This document shows, in pieces, positions 26,924 to 35,178 of a stretch of 64,000 nucleotides of DNA. This DNA comes from an uncultured archaeon (GTDB lineage: Archaea; Nanobdellota; Nanobdellia; Pacearchaeales; GW2011-AR1). The translations under genes and the position numbers were made by a program. Positions within the stretch are counted from its first letter, which is position 1. Every line of letters starts with the position of its first letter. Location: the NCBI GenBank assembly GCA_902385625.1, contig CABMGE010000001.1:18765-82764 (forward strand), in the 5' to 3' direction. The notes below the pieces were generated by a model that made no database searches, was not told where the DNA came from, and saw only the letters and a list, made by a program, of their open reading frames with translations.

Positions 26924-28020
26924 ATTTTTTCTTTTCTAGAGTTTTTTAACATATCATAACACTTTCTAATTACTCTTTCAGTGGTTTCTATTGAAATACA
27001 CCCATCAGTTATAGAAAGCCCCTTTTTCAAATCTCTTCTTTCTTGTAATGTTTTTGGGAATGGTTGTTTACCTTCATGATTATATGATTCAAGCATTATT
27101 CCGACTATATCCTCATTTCCATCAACAATTTGTTGTGTTACTGAGTATGCAACTTCTTCTTGTTTTTCATATTTCTTATCAGAATTTCCATGACTGCAGT
27201 CAATAACAACATTTCTTGGAATTTCTGCGTGATCAAGTAATTGTAATGTTTGAGAAACAAGTTCAGGTTTACAATTTGGAACTCCATTTCCTCCTCGGAG
27301 TACGACATGAGAATATTTATTCCCGCGGGTTTCAACAGCGCAGGCATTGCCATAAATATCTATTCCAATAAACTTATGAGAATATCTTGCAGCTTTTGCA
27401 GCGTCTACTGCAACACTAATATCTCCTGATGTTGAATTCTTAAACCCAACAGGCATTGAGAGGCCAGATGCGAGTTGCCTATGAACCTGGGATTCAGTAG
27501 TTCTCGCTCCAATAGCAGACCATGAAATCATATCTGCAATATATTGGGGAACAACAGAGCCAACAAACTCTGTTCCGCATGGAAGCCTGAGTTCAGTGAT
27601 ATTTTTTAAAAATTTTCTAGCTATTCTAAGTCCATCTGCAATTTTATAACTTTCATCTAAATTTGGATCATAAATAAGTCCTGTCCATCCAATAACTGTT
27701 CTTGGTTTTTCAAAATATGTTCGCATGACAATTAATAATTCATCTGAAACTTCTTCTGAAAGATTTTTTATCCTTTTAGCATATTCAATGCAGGTTTCAG
27801 GATCATGAATAGAACAAGGTCCAACAATTATTATCTTCCTTTTATCTTTTTTGTCCAGTATATTTTCTATTTCCTTTCTAGATCTGGCGATAAACTCTCT
27901 ATCTTTTGCATTTAGAGGTATATCTTCCATAAGCCCCCTCGGACTTGGAAGTGCTTCATATCCGACAATATTATTATCAAAGACTTCTTCCATTTTTTCT
28001 TCTAATGTTTCTGTTATCAT
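26920..28020 (-). CDS. 3-deoxy-7-phosphoheptulonate (DAHP) synthase, class I-alpha (AroG/F/H-like)
   Basis: LPSPRGL, IIIVGPCSIHD, EKPRTVIGWTGLIYDP, GARTTESQVHRQLASGLSMPVGFKN, IDCSHGNS. Confidence 0.85.
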   Translation of the reverse strand: MITETLEEKMEEVFDNNIVGYEALPSPRGLMEDIPLNAKDREFIARSRKEIENILDKKDKRKIIIVGPCSIHDPETCIEYAKRIKNLSEEVSDELLIVMRTYFEKPRTVIGWTGLIYDPNLDESYKIADGLRIARKFLKNITELRLPCGTEFVGSVVPQYIADMISWSAIGARTTESQVHRQLASGLSMPVGFKNSTSGDISVAVDAAKAARYSHKFIGIDIYGNACAVETRGNKYSHVVLRGGNGVPNCKPELVSQTLQLLDHAEIPRNVVIDCSHGNSDKKYEKQEEVAYSVTQQIVDGNEDIVGIMLESYNHEGKQPFPKTLQERRDLKKGLSITDGCISIETTERVIRKCYDMLKNSRKEKI

Positions 28021-28250
28021 CGTTTATATATTTTTATTTTATGAGCTTCAGTTCCGAGAAGAAAACCAAAAAAGTATAGAATTATCTTAAAAGATAAGTA
28101 ATACAAATCCGGTTTAAAGTATCCCGGATTTTACCAAAAGTAAAAAAAGCTAAAGCTAGAATAATTCTTATTTAGATTATTCATTGCTTTTTTCATATAA
28201 TAAGTTAGAAAAAGGAGTTTATAAATTTTATGAGTCTAAAATATACTAAA

Positions 28251-28406
28251 TCAGTTCTCATTAACTTCCTCTAAATATTGGATTCTATATTGGACTCCTC
28301 GAGAATCTCTTAAGTTAATGTCTTCTTCAGAAAGTTCTCTTGGATCGCATCTTCCATCATAATGGTAGAATTCACCTGGATTTTCATACTGTGCAAAATA
28401 ATTCAT
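28251..28406 (-). CDS. small hypothetical ORF (51 aa)
   Basis: Hand-translated MNYFAQYENPGEFYHYDGRCDPRELSEEDINLRDSRGVQYRIQYLEEVNEN; below the track's length cut-off. Confidence 0.3.
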   Translation of the reverse strand: MNYFAQYENPGEFYHYDGRCDPRELSEEDINLRDSRGVQYRIQYLEEVNEN

Positions 28407-28453
28407 ATTTATAACAAATAAATATTTTTTATAAACATTTAGATAATTTTTGA

Positions 28454-28627
28454 CTAATGACCTATGTAATAATCATCTTTCATCTGTTCCCAGGTCTCAA
28501 ATCGATTTCTAAAATTCCTAAATATCTGATTGTCATCAACAGCAGATCTAGAAAAATATGTTTTTTGATCAACTAATGCAGAGTTCTTTGCTTCAAGATT
28601 TATTTCAACTGAATATTTTTCTGTCAT
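28454..28627 (-). CDS. small hypothetical ORF (57 aa)
   Basis: Hand-translated MTEKYSVEINLEAKNSALVDQKTYFSRSAVDDNQIFRNFRNRFETWEQMKDDYYIGH; AAGGAG 8 nt upstream of the ATG. Confidence 0.4.
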   Translation of the reverse strand: MTEKYSVEINLEAKNSALVDQKTYFSRSAVDDNQIFRNFRNRFETWEQMKDDYYIGH

Positions 28628-28707
28628 TTTTTTCTCCTTAAAATTATCAGAACTCTTTTTCCTTGATTTATATTATAAACTTGGATTTAAATATCTTTTT
28701 ATCGATA

Positions 28708-29454
28708 TTAATTATTCTTTTTAATAAGATTATTTATTGGAAAAAAATCATTTCCTGCCTCTACCTTATTACAAATAGGTTTATCATTTTTATAAAAAAC
28801 TTTTTTTGCACCAACATTTTCTTTGGATCTTATAAATCTATAAGTACCATCAACAATTTCAAGAGCGCAGTTATCATCAAGTCCAATTCCAACCCCCGGA
28901 GTTGTTTTCATTATCTTAACAAGTCCTTGGTCTCTATATTCTTCCCTAATATGATGTGGGCTTAAAGTAAGGTTGACTATTCCAAGTCCATTTATTCTAA
29001 TAACTGATTTATCTTTTGGATCATTGAATCTAGGAGAATCACTACATCCATATTTGAACCAACAAATTGCACCTGCACTAAGCCCTGAGAGCACTATTCC
29101 TTTTTCATATGCCTGAGATAATAGTTTATCAACTCCATATTTTTTCCATATTTCAAGCATAGTTTTAGTGTTTCCACCGCCAACATAGATTAAATCTGAA
29201 CCTAAAATCTTGCCCTTAATTTCTTCTTTAGAAGGAGTTTCGTTTACAAGTTTTAAAACATCTATATTACATCCGAGTTTGTCTCCATAAATCTGTCTAA
29301 ATGTTTCACAGTAGCCTTCAGCATCAGAGCTAGCAGTAGGAATAAAAAGTGCTTTAGGATTTTTCTTGCCTGTGAGTTTAACTATCTCTGAATCAATAGA
29401 AAAAGTATCCAGGTCTTTTAGTTCTCCACCGCCAATTGCAATTATTTTTCCCAT
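28708..29454 (-). CDS. peptidase E / S51-family dipeptidase
   Basis: KIIAIGGGE, ALFIPTASSD, IYVGGGNT, LSGLSAGAICW (nucleophile Ser). Confidence 0.8.
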   Translation of the reverse strand: MGKIIAIGGGELKDLDTFSIDSEIVKLTGKKNPKALFIPTASSDAEGYCETFRQIYGDKLGCNIDVLKLVNETPSKEEIKGKILGSDLIYVGGGNTKTMLEIWKKYGVDKLLSQAYEKGIVLSGLSAGAICWFKYGCSDSPRFNDPKDKSVIRINGLGIVNLTLSPHHIREEYRDQGLVKIMKTTPGVGIGLDDNCALEIVDGTYRFIRSKENVGAKKVFYKNDKPICNKVEAGNDFFPINNLIKKNN

Positions 29455-29515
29455 ATGGAAATTAAAAATAACTAAGTTATAAACTTATTTAAAATATTAT
29501 TAAATCTCTTAAGAA

Positions 29516-30805
29516 TTAAGCAAACTTTTTCTCAACTATTTCCATACAAACACCAGCAGCAACTGTAGCTCCAGCATCTCTTATTGCAAATCTTGCCATA
29601 TGAGGATTAACACTTGATTTTTCAAGTACTAAGTTACCCATTGGTTTAAGTTTTACTATTGCAACATCTCCATTCTTAATAAAGTCAACTTTACCAGGCA
29701 TTGGTTGTCCTGATGTAGGATCTATTTTATGAACTATCTCAGTAAATTGACATGGAACTTGAGCTGTGTGAACATGGAATACAGGTGTATATCCTTTTGC
29801 AATTACAGTTGGGTGGTTGATTACTGCAATTTGTGCTGTGAATTCTTCAACCATTGTTGCTGGTTTTGCAGCATCGCAAATTACATCGCCTCTAGCAATA
29901 TCTTTTTTTCCAACTCCTCTAATATTTACTCCAACATTAAATCCTGCAGGTGCTTCTTGGAATTGTTCATGGTGCATTTCAATTGTTTTTATTTCTCCAT
30001 CCATTCCTCTTCCACTTCTTCCAGGTAAGATTTTAACTTTTTGACCAATCTTCATAATTCCAGTTTCAATCTTTCCAACAGGAACAGTTCCAATTCCAGT
30101 AATTTCGTAAACATCTTGGATTGGCATTCTCATAGGAAGATCAGTTGGTTTCTTTGGTTCATCAAATAAATCAAGTTGTTCAAATAGTGTTGGTCCTTTG
30201 TACCAAGGCATTTTATCTGACTTTTTGAAAATATTATCTCCCATAAGTCCGCTTACAGGCAAGAAAACTGTTTTTTCTGGATTTATTCCAACAGCTTTAA
30301 GTAAAGCAGAAACATCAGCCTTAGTTTTATTAAAAGCATCTTCTTTGTAATCTACTGTATCCATCTTGTTAATTGAAACTGCAATTTGTTGAACTCCCAT
30401 TGTTCTAAGAAGCCAAAGGTGTTCTTTTGTCTGAGGTTGAACTCCTTCTTTAGCAGCAATTGTCAAAAAAGCAGCATCAGATTGAGAAGCTCCAGTAATC
30501 ATATTCTTTACGAAGTCTTTGTGACCTGGTGCATCAATGATTGTAATCTGTCTTTTTGGTGTAATTAATTTTTGGTATGAAAGATCAATTGTAACTCCTC
30601 TTTCTCTTTCTTCTTTAACTCGATCCATAACGTAAGCAAATTCAAATCCAACTTTTCCTTGTCTAACAGCTTCTTCTTTTAATTTCTTCATTTCCTGTTC
30701 TGGAATAACTCCGCTGTCATACATAAGTCTACCTACACATGTTGATTTTCCATGGTCAACATGACCTACAAATACAACATTCATTGTTGGTTTAATTTGT
30801 GCCAT
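29516..30805 (-). CDS. tuf: translation elongation factor EF-1alpha
   Basis: [25 protein letters not shown]. Confidence 0.95.
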   Translation of the reverse strand: MAQIKPTMNVVFVGHVDHGKSTCVGRLMYDSGVIPEQEMKKLKEEAVRQGKVGFEFAYVMDRVKEERERGVTIDLSYQKLITPKRQITIIDAPGHKDFVKNMITGASQSDAAFLTIAAKEGVQPQTKEHLWLLRTMGVQQIAVSINKMDTVDYKEDAFNKTKADVSALLKAVGINPEKTVFLPVSGLMGDNIFKKSDKMPWYKGPTLFEQLDLFDEPKKPTDLPMRMPIQDVYEITGIGTVPVGKIETGIMKIGQKVKILPGRSGRGMDGEIKTIEMHHEQFQEAPAGFNVGVNIRGVGKKDIARGDVICDAAKPATMVEEFTAQIAVINHPTVIAKGYTPVFHVHTAQVPCQFTEIVHKIDPTSGQPMPGKVDFIKNGDVAIVKLKPMGNLVLEKSSVNPHMARFAIRDAGATVAAGVCMEIVEKKFA

Positions 30806-30926
30806 TTTTTTCTTTTGTATTAAATAAAATGTTTAATGTTATATGATAAAAATATAGGTTTATAAATGTTTCTATATTTTAGCAAATATTTCGGAATTAT
30901 CGAGGAGAAAAAATTATCTGAATTTT

Positions 30927-31751
30927 TTATCTGTTGATAACATAGAAAACCTCTCCTGGAATTTTTAGCACTTTAAATTTTAGATTAACTCTTTCAAGCA
31001 TAAGTTCAAATCCTTTTCTCCTCGGAAGATTCATTGGTTTCCCTGAAATTGTATTTGTTGAAAAACTTACAACAATATATTTTGTTTTGAGGCTTAGATT
31101 TTTTATAAGTTCCTCTCCGGGCTTATGATTGTTTGTATTAATCAAGTCTATAAGTTTGAACATAAATATTATATCTGATGAGGGTAAGTTCGAGATCTCT
31201 TCTAAATTTCGAACATTCAAGATCTGTGCTTTTCCATTGAGTCCTTGAGTTTTCATAATTTGAAAATAATCATTAAGAAAATTAATATCTGAGATATCAA
31301 TATCATATGAATAGTAACTCAGGGAATTAATTCCAACTTCTTTCATATAAATATATGAGACTGGATTAATGCCTGCTCCCAAATCAATTATTGTTTTGGG
31401 TTTCCCTGTTATTTCAAATATTTCTTTATAGATCTCATTATAATATTGAAGTCTTTCTTTAGTTGAAACAGCAGTCGAGAGAATTTTTTCAATTATTTCA
31501 ACATTCCCAGGACTTTTTTTCAATTCTTCAAGAAGTTTTACTCTGCGGTTCTTTTTTCCTCTTAAATAACTCGAATATAATCTGTGAAGCTTGGATCTTA
31601 TTTCTTTAACTGATTGTTTGTCTATTTTTATGACTCTATTGTTTTTCCTCAAATACTCCTTTATCTCTTCAACAATTATTTCATCTGAAAGAGTTGAATA
31701 TTTCTTGCCCTTTTTTATTTCTATCAAAAATTCATTTATCAGTTTTTCCAT
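30927..31751 (-). CDS. ArmA/Rmt (FmrO)-family 16S rRNA methyltransferase-like protein
   Basis: Collinear by-eye match to ArmA: KKYSTLSDEIIVEEI, SKLHRLYSSY, STKERLQYYNEIYKEIF, IIDLGAGINP, YYSYDID, FMFKLIDL, VVSFSTNTISGK, GEVFYVI. Confidence 0.6.
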   Translation of the reverse strand: MEKLINEFLIEIKKGKKYSTLSDEIIVEEIKEYLRKNNRVIKIDKQSVKEIRSKLHRLYSSYLRGKKNRRVKLLEELKKSPGNVEIIEKILSTAVSTKERLQYYNEIYKEIFEITGKPKTIIDLGAGINPVSYIYMKEVGINSLSYYSYDIDISDINFLNDYFQIMKTQGLNGKAQILNVRNLEEISNLPSSDIIFMFKLIDLINTNNHKPGEELIKNLSLKTKYIVVSFSTNTISGKPMNLPRRKGFELMLERVNLKFKVLKIPGEVFYVINR

Positions 31752-31797
31752 TAACTAAATAGAATTATGGAATATAAAAGTTCTTTTGTTTTTAAAA

Positions 31798-31874
31798 TTT
31801 TTAGCAAGATTTACTCTTGATAAAAATTAGCATGTATCTGATAAGATACAAATGTCATGCCCAAATGGCATTTA
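31798..31874 (+). repeat. multi-hairpin intergenic repeat, copy A
   Basis: TTTT-AGC, HP1 caaga-tttac-tcttg, AAAAAT linker, HP2 tgtatct-gata-agataca, HP3 atgcc-caaat-ggcat. Ends 3 nt before the stop of the minus-strand gene 31878..32447. Confidence 0.7.
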
Positions 31875-31877
31875 AAA

Positions 31878-32447
31878 CTAAATCCAAAAAAATTGCTGCA
31901 CCATACTTGCAACTCCGAGCCATGGTTGAGCCTGTCGAGGTGAATATGCTGATGCAATTCCAAGACCATAATCAAATGCGTTTGGAGAGTATCCATAACC
32001 TGAATAACCATAATAGTCATATCCTGGAGGATATCCATATCCATCATAACCATATCCCCCATAACTTCCATATCCATCATAGCCATAATAATTGTCATAG
32101 TATTGGTTATATCCAGCTGTTCCGCCTGTAAAATAAGGCATCGAACCTGTATTTGAAGGGTAAGATGGAGAATAATAAGCATTATAATCTACTGAGTTAG
32201 AATTTCTTGTAACACTATTGAACTGATATACTTCTGAGTTAGGTCCTCTAAATGAACTTGATGAGGAAGAACTTGGAGTTGTACTTGTTTGATATCTATA
32301 AGGATCATCACTACAATCTCCATAATAACCAGTAACTCCTCTGCAAAGTCCACTAGCTGAAACAGAACTAACTACCATTAAACTTGTTAGTATAACAACC
32401 AATGCTACGAGTGCAATACGAAGTTCCATTGATAATGTTTTTTTCAT
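31878..32447 (-). CDS. secreted Tyr/Gly-rich low-complexity protein
   Basis: Signal peptide, CRGVTGYYGDCS motif, S-run, YGYDGYGSYGGYGYDGYGYPPGYDYYGYSGYGYS. Confidence 0.65.
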   Translation of the reverse strand: MKKTLSMELRIALVALVVILTSLMVVSSVSASGLCRGVTGYYGDCSDDPYRYQTSTTPSSSSSSSFRGPNSEVYQFNSVTRNSNSVDYNAYYSPSYPSNTGSMPYFTGGTAGYNQYYDNYYGYDGYGSYGGYGYDGYGYPPGYDYYGYSGYGYSPNAFDYGLGIASAYSPRQAQPWLGVASMVQQFFWI

Positions 32448-32550
32448 ATTTTTCCTAATACTTCCAACTATTTAAATCTTTTGTTTTGTATACACCTTAT
32501 AGTAGTAACAAAATAGGCTATTAAAATAAGTTTGTGATAGATAAAAAGAA

Positions 32551-33249
32551 TTAGTTTTGTTTCTCTAGCTCTTTTGCGAGGATCTTACTTACTTTTCCTG
32601 GATTTTTCCTACAATATAATTCAATCTTGCTTGATCTATAATGCGCTTTTTCATAAGTAAACCCCTTTTTCATAAGTCTTCTTTCATGAGCTTCGTGTAA
32701 AAGAACATATTCTAGCTCTTTTGGACTTAGTGCATCATCAATCCATATTTCTCCAGGAGGTATAAAGTGATAGATCATATCATGTCCACCCTCTGTAAAA
32801 TCAATAAAAAAAAGAGAACGAACTAAAAAGCCATCTGCAACATATACCTTTATTTTTTCATTACTATATTTTTTAAGAAGTTTCCTTCGAATTTTTATTA
32901 TTATCTCAGAGTTATCCAATTTTTTAAATTTTTTAATAATGGGACTTTTATTTCTTTTATCTTTTTCAGCAATGGTTCCATGATCCCTTGCTTCTAAAAT
33001 GCTTTTTCCTCTTTTTATCCATTTGTCTCTTGTTAAAAGAAAAGTTGTAAAATATTTCCATTCTTTTGTTTTTCCAAATTCACAATCAATCCAAAACTCG
33101 TTTTTAGGTATAAAATTAAATAAGTAATTTGCTGAAAAATTTGTAAACTCTTCATCGATATTTTCGCGTATGTATTTGCCGTCAACATACCAAACATCAA
33201 ATCCTCCAATTTTTCCAATCTTTTTTATATATGGTTTTTTCATCAGCAA
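32551..33249 (-). CDS. hypothetical protein with internal tandem duplication
   Basis: FDVWYVDGKYIR...FIPKNEFWID repeated as IKVYVADGFLVR...FIPPGEIWID. Confidence 0.55.
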   Translation of the reverse strand: MLMKKPYIKKIGKIGGFDVWYVDGKYIRENIDEEFTNFSANYLFNFIPKNEFWIDCEFGKTKEWKYFTTFLLTRDKWIKRGKSILEARDHGTIAEKDKRNKSPIIKKFKKLDNSEIIIKIRRKLLKKYSNEKIKVYVADGFLVRSLFFIDFTEGGHDMIYHFIPPGEIWIDDALSPKELEYVLLHEAHERRLMKKGFTYEKAHYRSSKIELYCRKNPGKVSKILAKELEKQN

Positions 33250-33324
33250 TTAGAAAATAAATATTTACAGAATTAAATAACAACATTGGTTAATAAATTT
33301 GTTGATAGATAAAATAGAAATAAT

Positions 33325-33798
33325 CTAGTAAACATAAACTGCAACTGGTTTGGTATATCCATTTCTTGAATTTGATTCTACCTGATCTTGCACATAATAA
33401 GGATTATTTATTTCATCACAAGAATTATAATAATATCTTTCATCACAGTCATTTCTTGTAACTCTTATTATATTTCCATAATTATCTGTGTATTCTTTTT
33501 GGCAAGTTCTATAATAGTAATTATAATATTCATCGTAGCTCGGTTGATAGTTGTTATACTGTTTATAGCAAATATAAGATTCTCCGCGGCTATTTCTGCA
33601 ATAGTCAAATTTACCATAATCATAATGTCCAAAGTCAGAATAACTTCCAATGTCACCCAAATTTCTGTAAGTTATTCCACAATTACTCGAGTCAGAAGGA
33701 TAATCTCCATAAAATGTAATTGATGCAGAGATTATTCCAGCAGCAACTACTATAACTAATAAAAATGCAATAACTAATAGTCTAAAACCTTTTTTCAC
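33325..33798 (-). CDS. secreted Tyr/Asn/Cys-rich protein
   Basis: Signal/anchor LLVIAFLLVIVVAAGIISA, then Y-rich sequence with 8 Cys. Confidence 0.55.
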   Translation of the reverse strand: MKKGFRLLVIAFLLVIVVAAGIISASITFYGDYPSDSSNCGITYRNLGDIGSYSDFGHYDYGKFDYCRNSRGESYICYKQYNNYQPSYDEYYNYYYRTCQKEYTDNYGNIIRVTRNDCDERYYYNSCDEINNPYYVQDQVESNSRNGYTKPVAVYVY

Positions 33799-33852
33799 AA
33801 ATTAAAGTAAAAATACAAATATATAAGCATTATTGTTAGAAATCTATACTAA

Positions 33853-34455
33853 TTAATAACCATATCCATAACCAGAATCTCCATATCCACTATATCCACC
33901 ATAACTTCCATAACCATAACTTGGATAACCATATCCATAATCACTATATCCACTTCCATATCCATAATCTCCATAATCTGAATAACCATAATCATAAGGA
34001 GATTGTTGAGAACAATAATAGTATTGTCCATAATCATCTCTGCAATAACTTAATTGTCCAGAAAATCCATAACCATAATCATATCCATAATCTTCACCAT
34101 AACCATAACCTTGGTCATAAGCAGAATATTGTTCATTTCGATTATAGCTGCTTGATATATCATGACTATCATAGTTATAGGTGTTGTAGGTATTATAACT
34201 ATCCTGAACATTATAGCTATCTTTTGTATTGTAACTGTTTAAAGGATAATTTCCATTTTTATATGAAGAATAACTGCTAGAAGGAGCATATGCATAACCA
34301 CCTCCCCCTCCATTGTTATTACCATATAACATGCTGCAATCGTCGTAATATCCATTTGGACCCATGCAAAGTGCAGGACTTGCTGCAGAAATAAAACTAA
34401 TTAAAATAATAACTAAGAATGTTCCAAGTCCTGTTAACAGTATGCTTTTTCTCAT
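33853..34455 (-). CDS. secreted Tyr/Gly-rich low-complexity protein
   Basis: Signal peptide, CMGPNGYYDDCS motif (as in 31878..32447), long YGYG/DYGY tail. Confidence 0.65.
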   Translation of the reverse strand: MRKSILLTGLGTFLVIILISFISAASPALCMGPNGYYDDCSMLYGNNNGGGGGYAYAPSSSYSSYKNGNYPLNSYNTKDSYNVQDSYNTYNTYNYDSHDISSSYNRNEQYSAYDQGYGYGEDYGYDYGYGFSGQLSYCRDDYGQYYYCSQQSPYDYGYSDYGDYGYGSGYSDYGYGYPSYGYGSYGGYSGYGDSGYGYGY

Positions 34456-34549
34456 AGTATAAAGCTTTACCTCTTGACTTTTTTATGAATAATTTATGTC
34501 TAACTACTATTTAAGGATTAGTATAGAAAAAAATACAACTTTTAAGTAT

Positions 34550-34819
34550 CTATTTCTTCCTAAAAATTAAATATAAAATAAAAATCATAATGCAAACAAT
34601 AATATTAATTGCATAGTTGAATAATAATGGCCATCTAAATGCAGTATAAACAATATAGAATAAAGTTAAAACTTCTCCAAAAAACCACCATACAATAAAT
34701 GTTAATGAAAGACCAGAAAAATCTTTGGTCTTAAGAGTTTTGAATAATTGCGGAAGTCCACAGGTTGCAAGAAGAACTGCTCCAATCCAGCCAATTAATT
34801 CAATTGTATTTATTCCCAT
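34550..34819 (-). CDS. PQ-loop / SemiSWEET-like 3-TM transporter
   Basis: 89 aa, three TM, LPQ in TM1 (LATCGLPQLFKTLKTK). Confidence 0.6.
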   Translation of the reverse strand: MGINTIELIGWIGAVLLATCGLPQLFKTLKTKDFSGLSLTFIVWWFFGEVLTLFYIVYTAFRWPLLFNYAINIIVCIMIFILYLIFRKK

Positions 34820-34877
34820 CTTTTATTAATTCATTTAAATTTAATAAGGTTAAAAATATTTCTAAATGACTTGCTAG

Positions 34878-34988
34878 TTGTTTTTGCCTTAAGTGAATTA
34901 AGTCAAAAACAATTTTAAGCAAGATTTACTCTTGATTAAAATTGCTAACTGTCTGCCTAAGACTAATAGGTCATGCCAGCAGGCATTA
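34878..34988 (+). repeat. multi-hairpin intergenic repeat, copy B (with upstream extension hairpin)
   Basis: ttgtttttg...caaaaacaa 9-bp outer stem, then TTTTAAGC, HP1 caaga-tttac-tcttg, AAAATTGCTAACT, HP3 atgcc-agca-ggcat. Confidence 0.7.
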
Positions 34989-35099
34989 TTTAGATGTATA
35001 AAATAGACAACGTCTTATCACAACTTTATTAAACATTAAATGCCTAATAATAGTGTATATTTCATATAATGAAATATATAAAATAAATATAATAGTTAT

Positions 35100-35176
35100 T
35101 TTTAAGCTAAATTCATTTTAGATTAAAAATGCTAACTATTGCAATAACTTTATTGGGTAATGCCAGGAGGGCATTA
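35100..35176 (+). repeat. multi-hairpin intergenic repeat, copy C
   Basis: TTTTAAGC, HP1 ctaaa-ttcat-tttag, AAAAATGCTAACT, HP3 taatgcc-aggag-ggcatta; ends just before the 35179/35185 start. Confidence 0.7.
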
Positions 35177-35178
35177 AC

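Noticed and set aside
31811-32182. ORFs 31811..32182 (-) and 31817..32131 (+) overlapping the Tyr/Gly-rich gene
   Set aside because: They are alternative-frame or antisense readings of the repetitive TAT/GGA/GAT codon tract (H/M/D/I-rich nonsense). The frame with a signal peptide and the CxGxxGYYxDCS motif is the credible one.
33388-34280. ORFs 33388..33723 (+), 33468..33656 (-), 33849..34037 (-) and 33921..34280 (+)
   Set aside because: These are the same low-complexity shadow effect inside the other two Tyr-rich genes.
34878-35176. Repeat pairs B/C and E/D as a mini CRISPR array
   Set aside because: There are only two units per locus. The spacings are unequal (187 and 100 nt). The units are about 75-110 nt with three hairpins. 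There are no cas genes apart from a lone Cas4-like nuclease.
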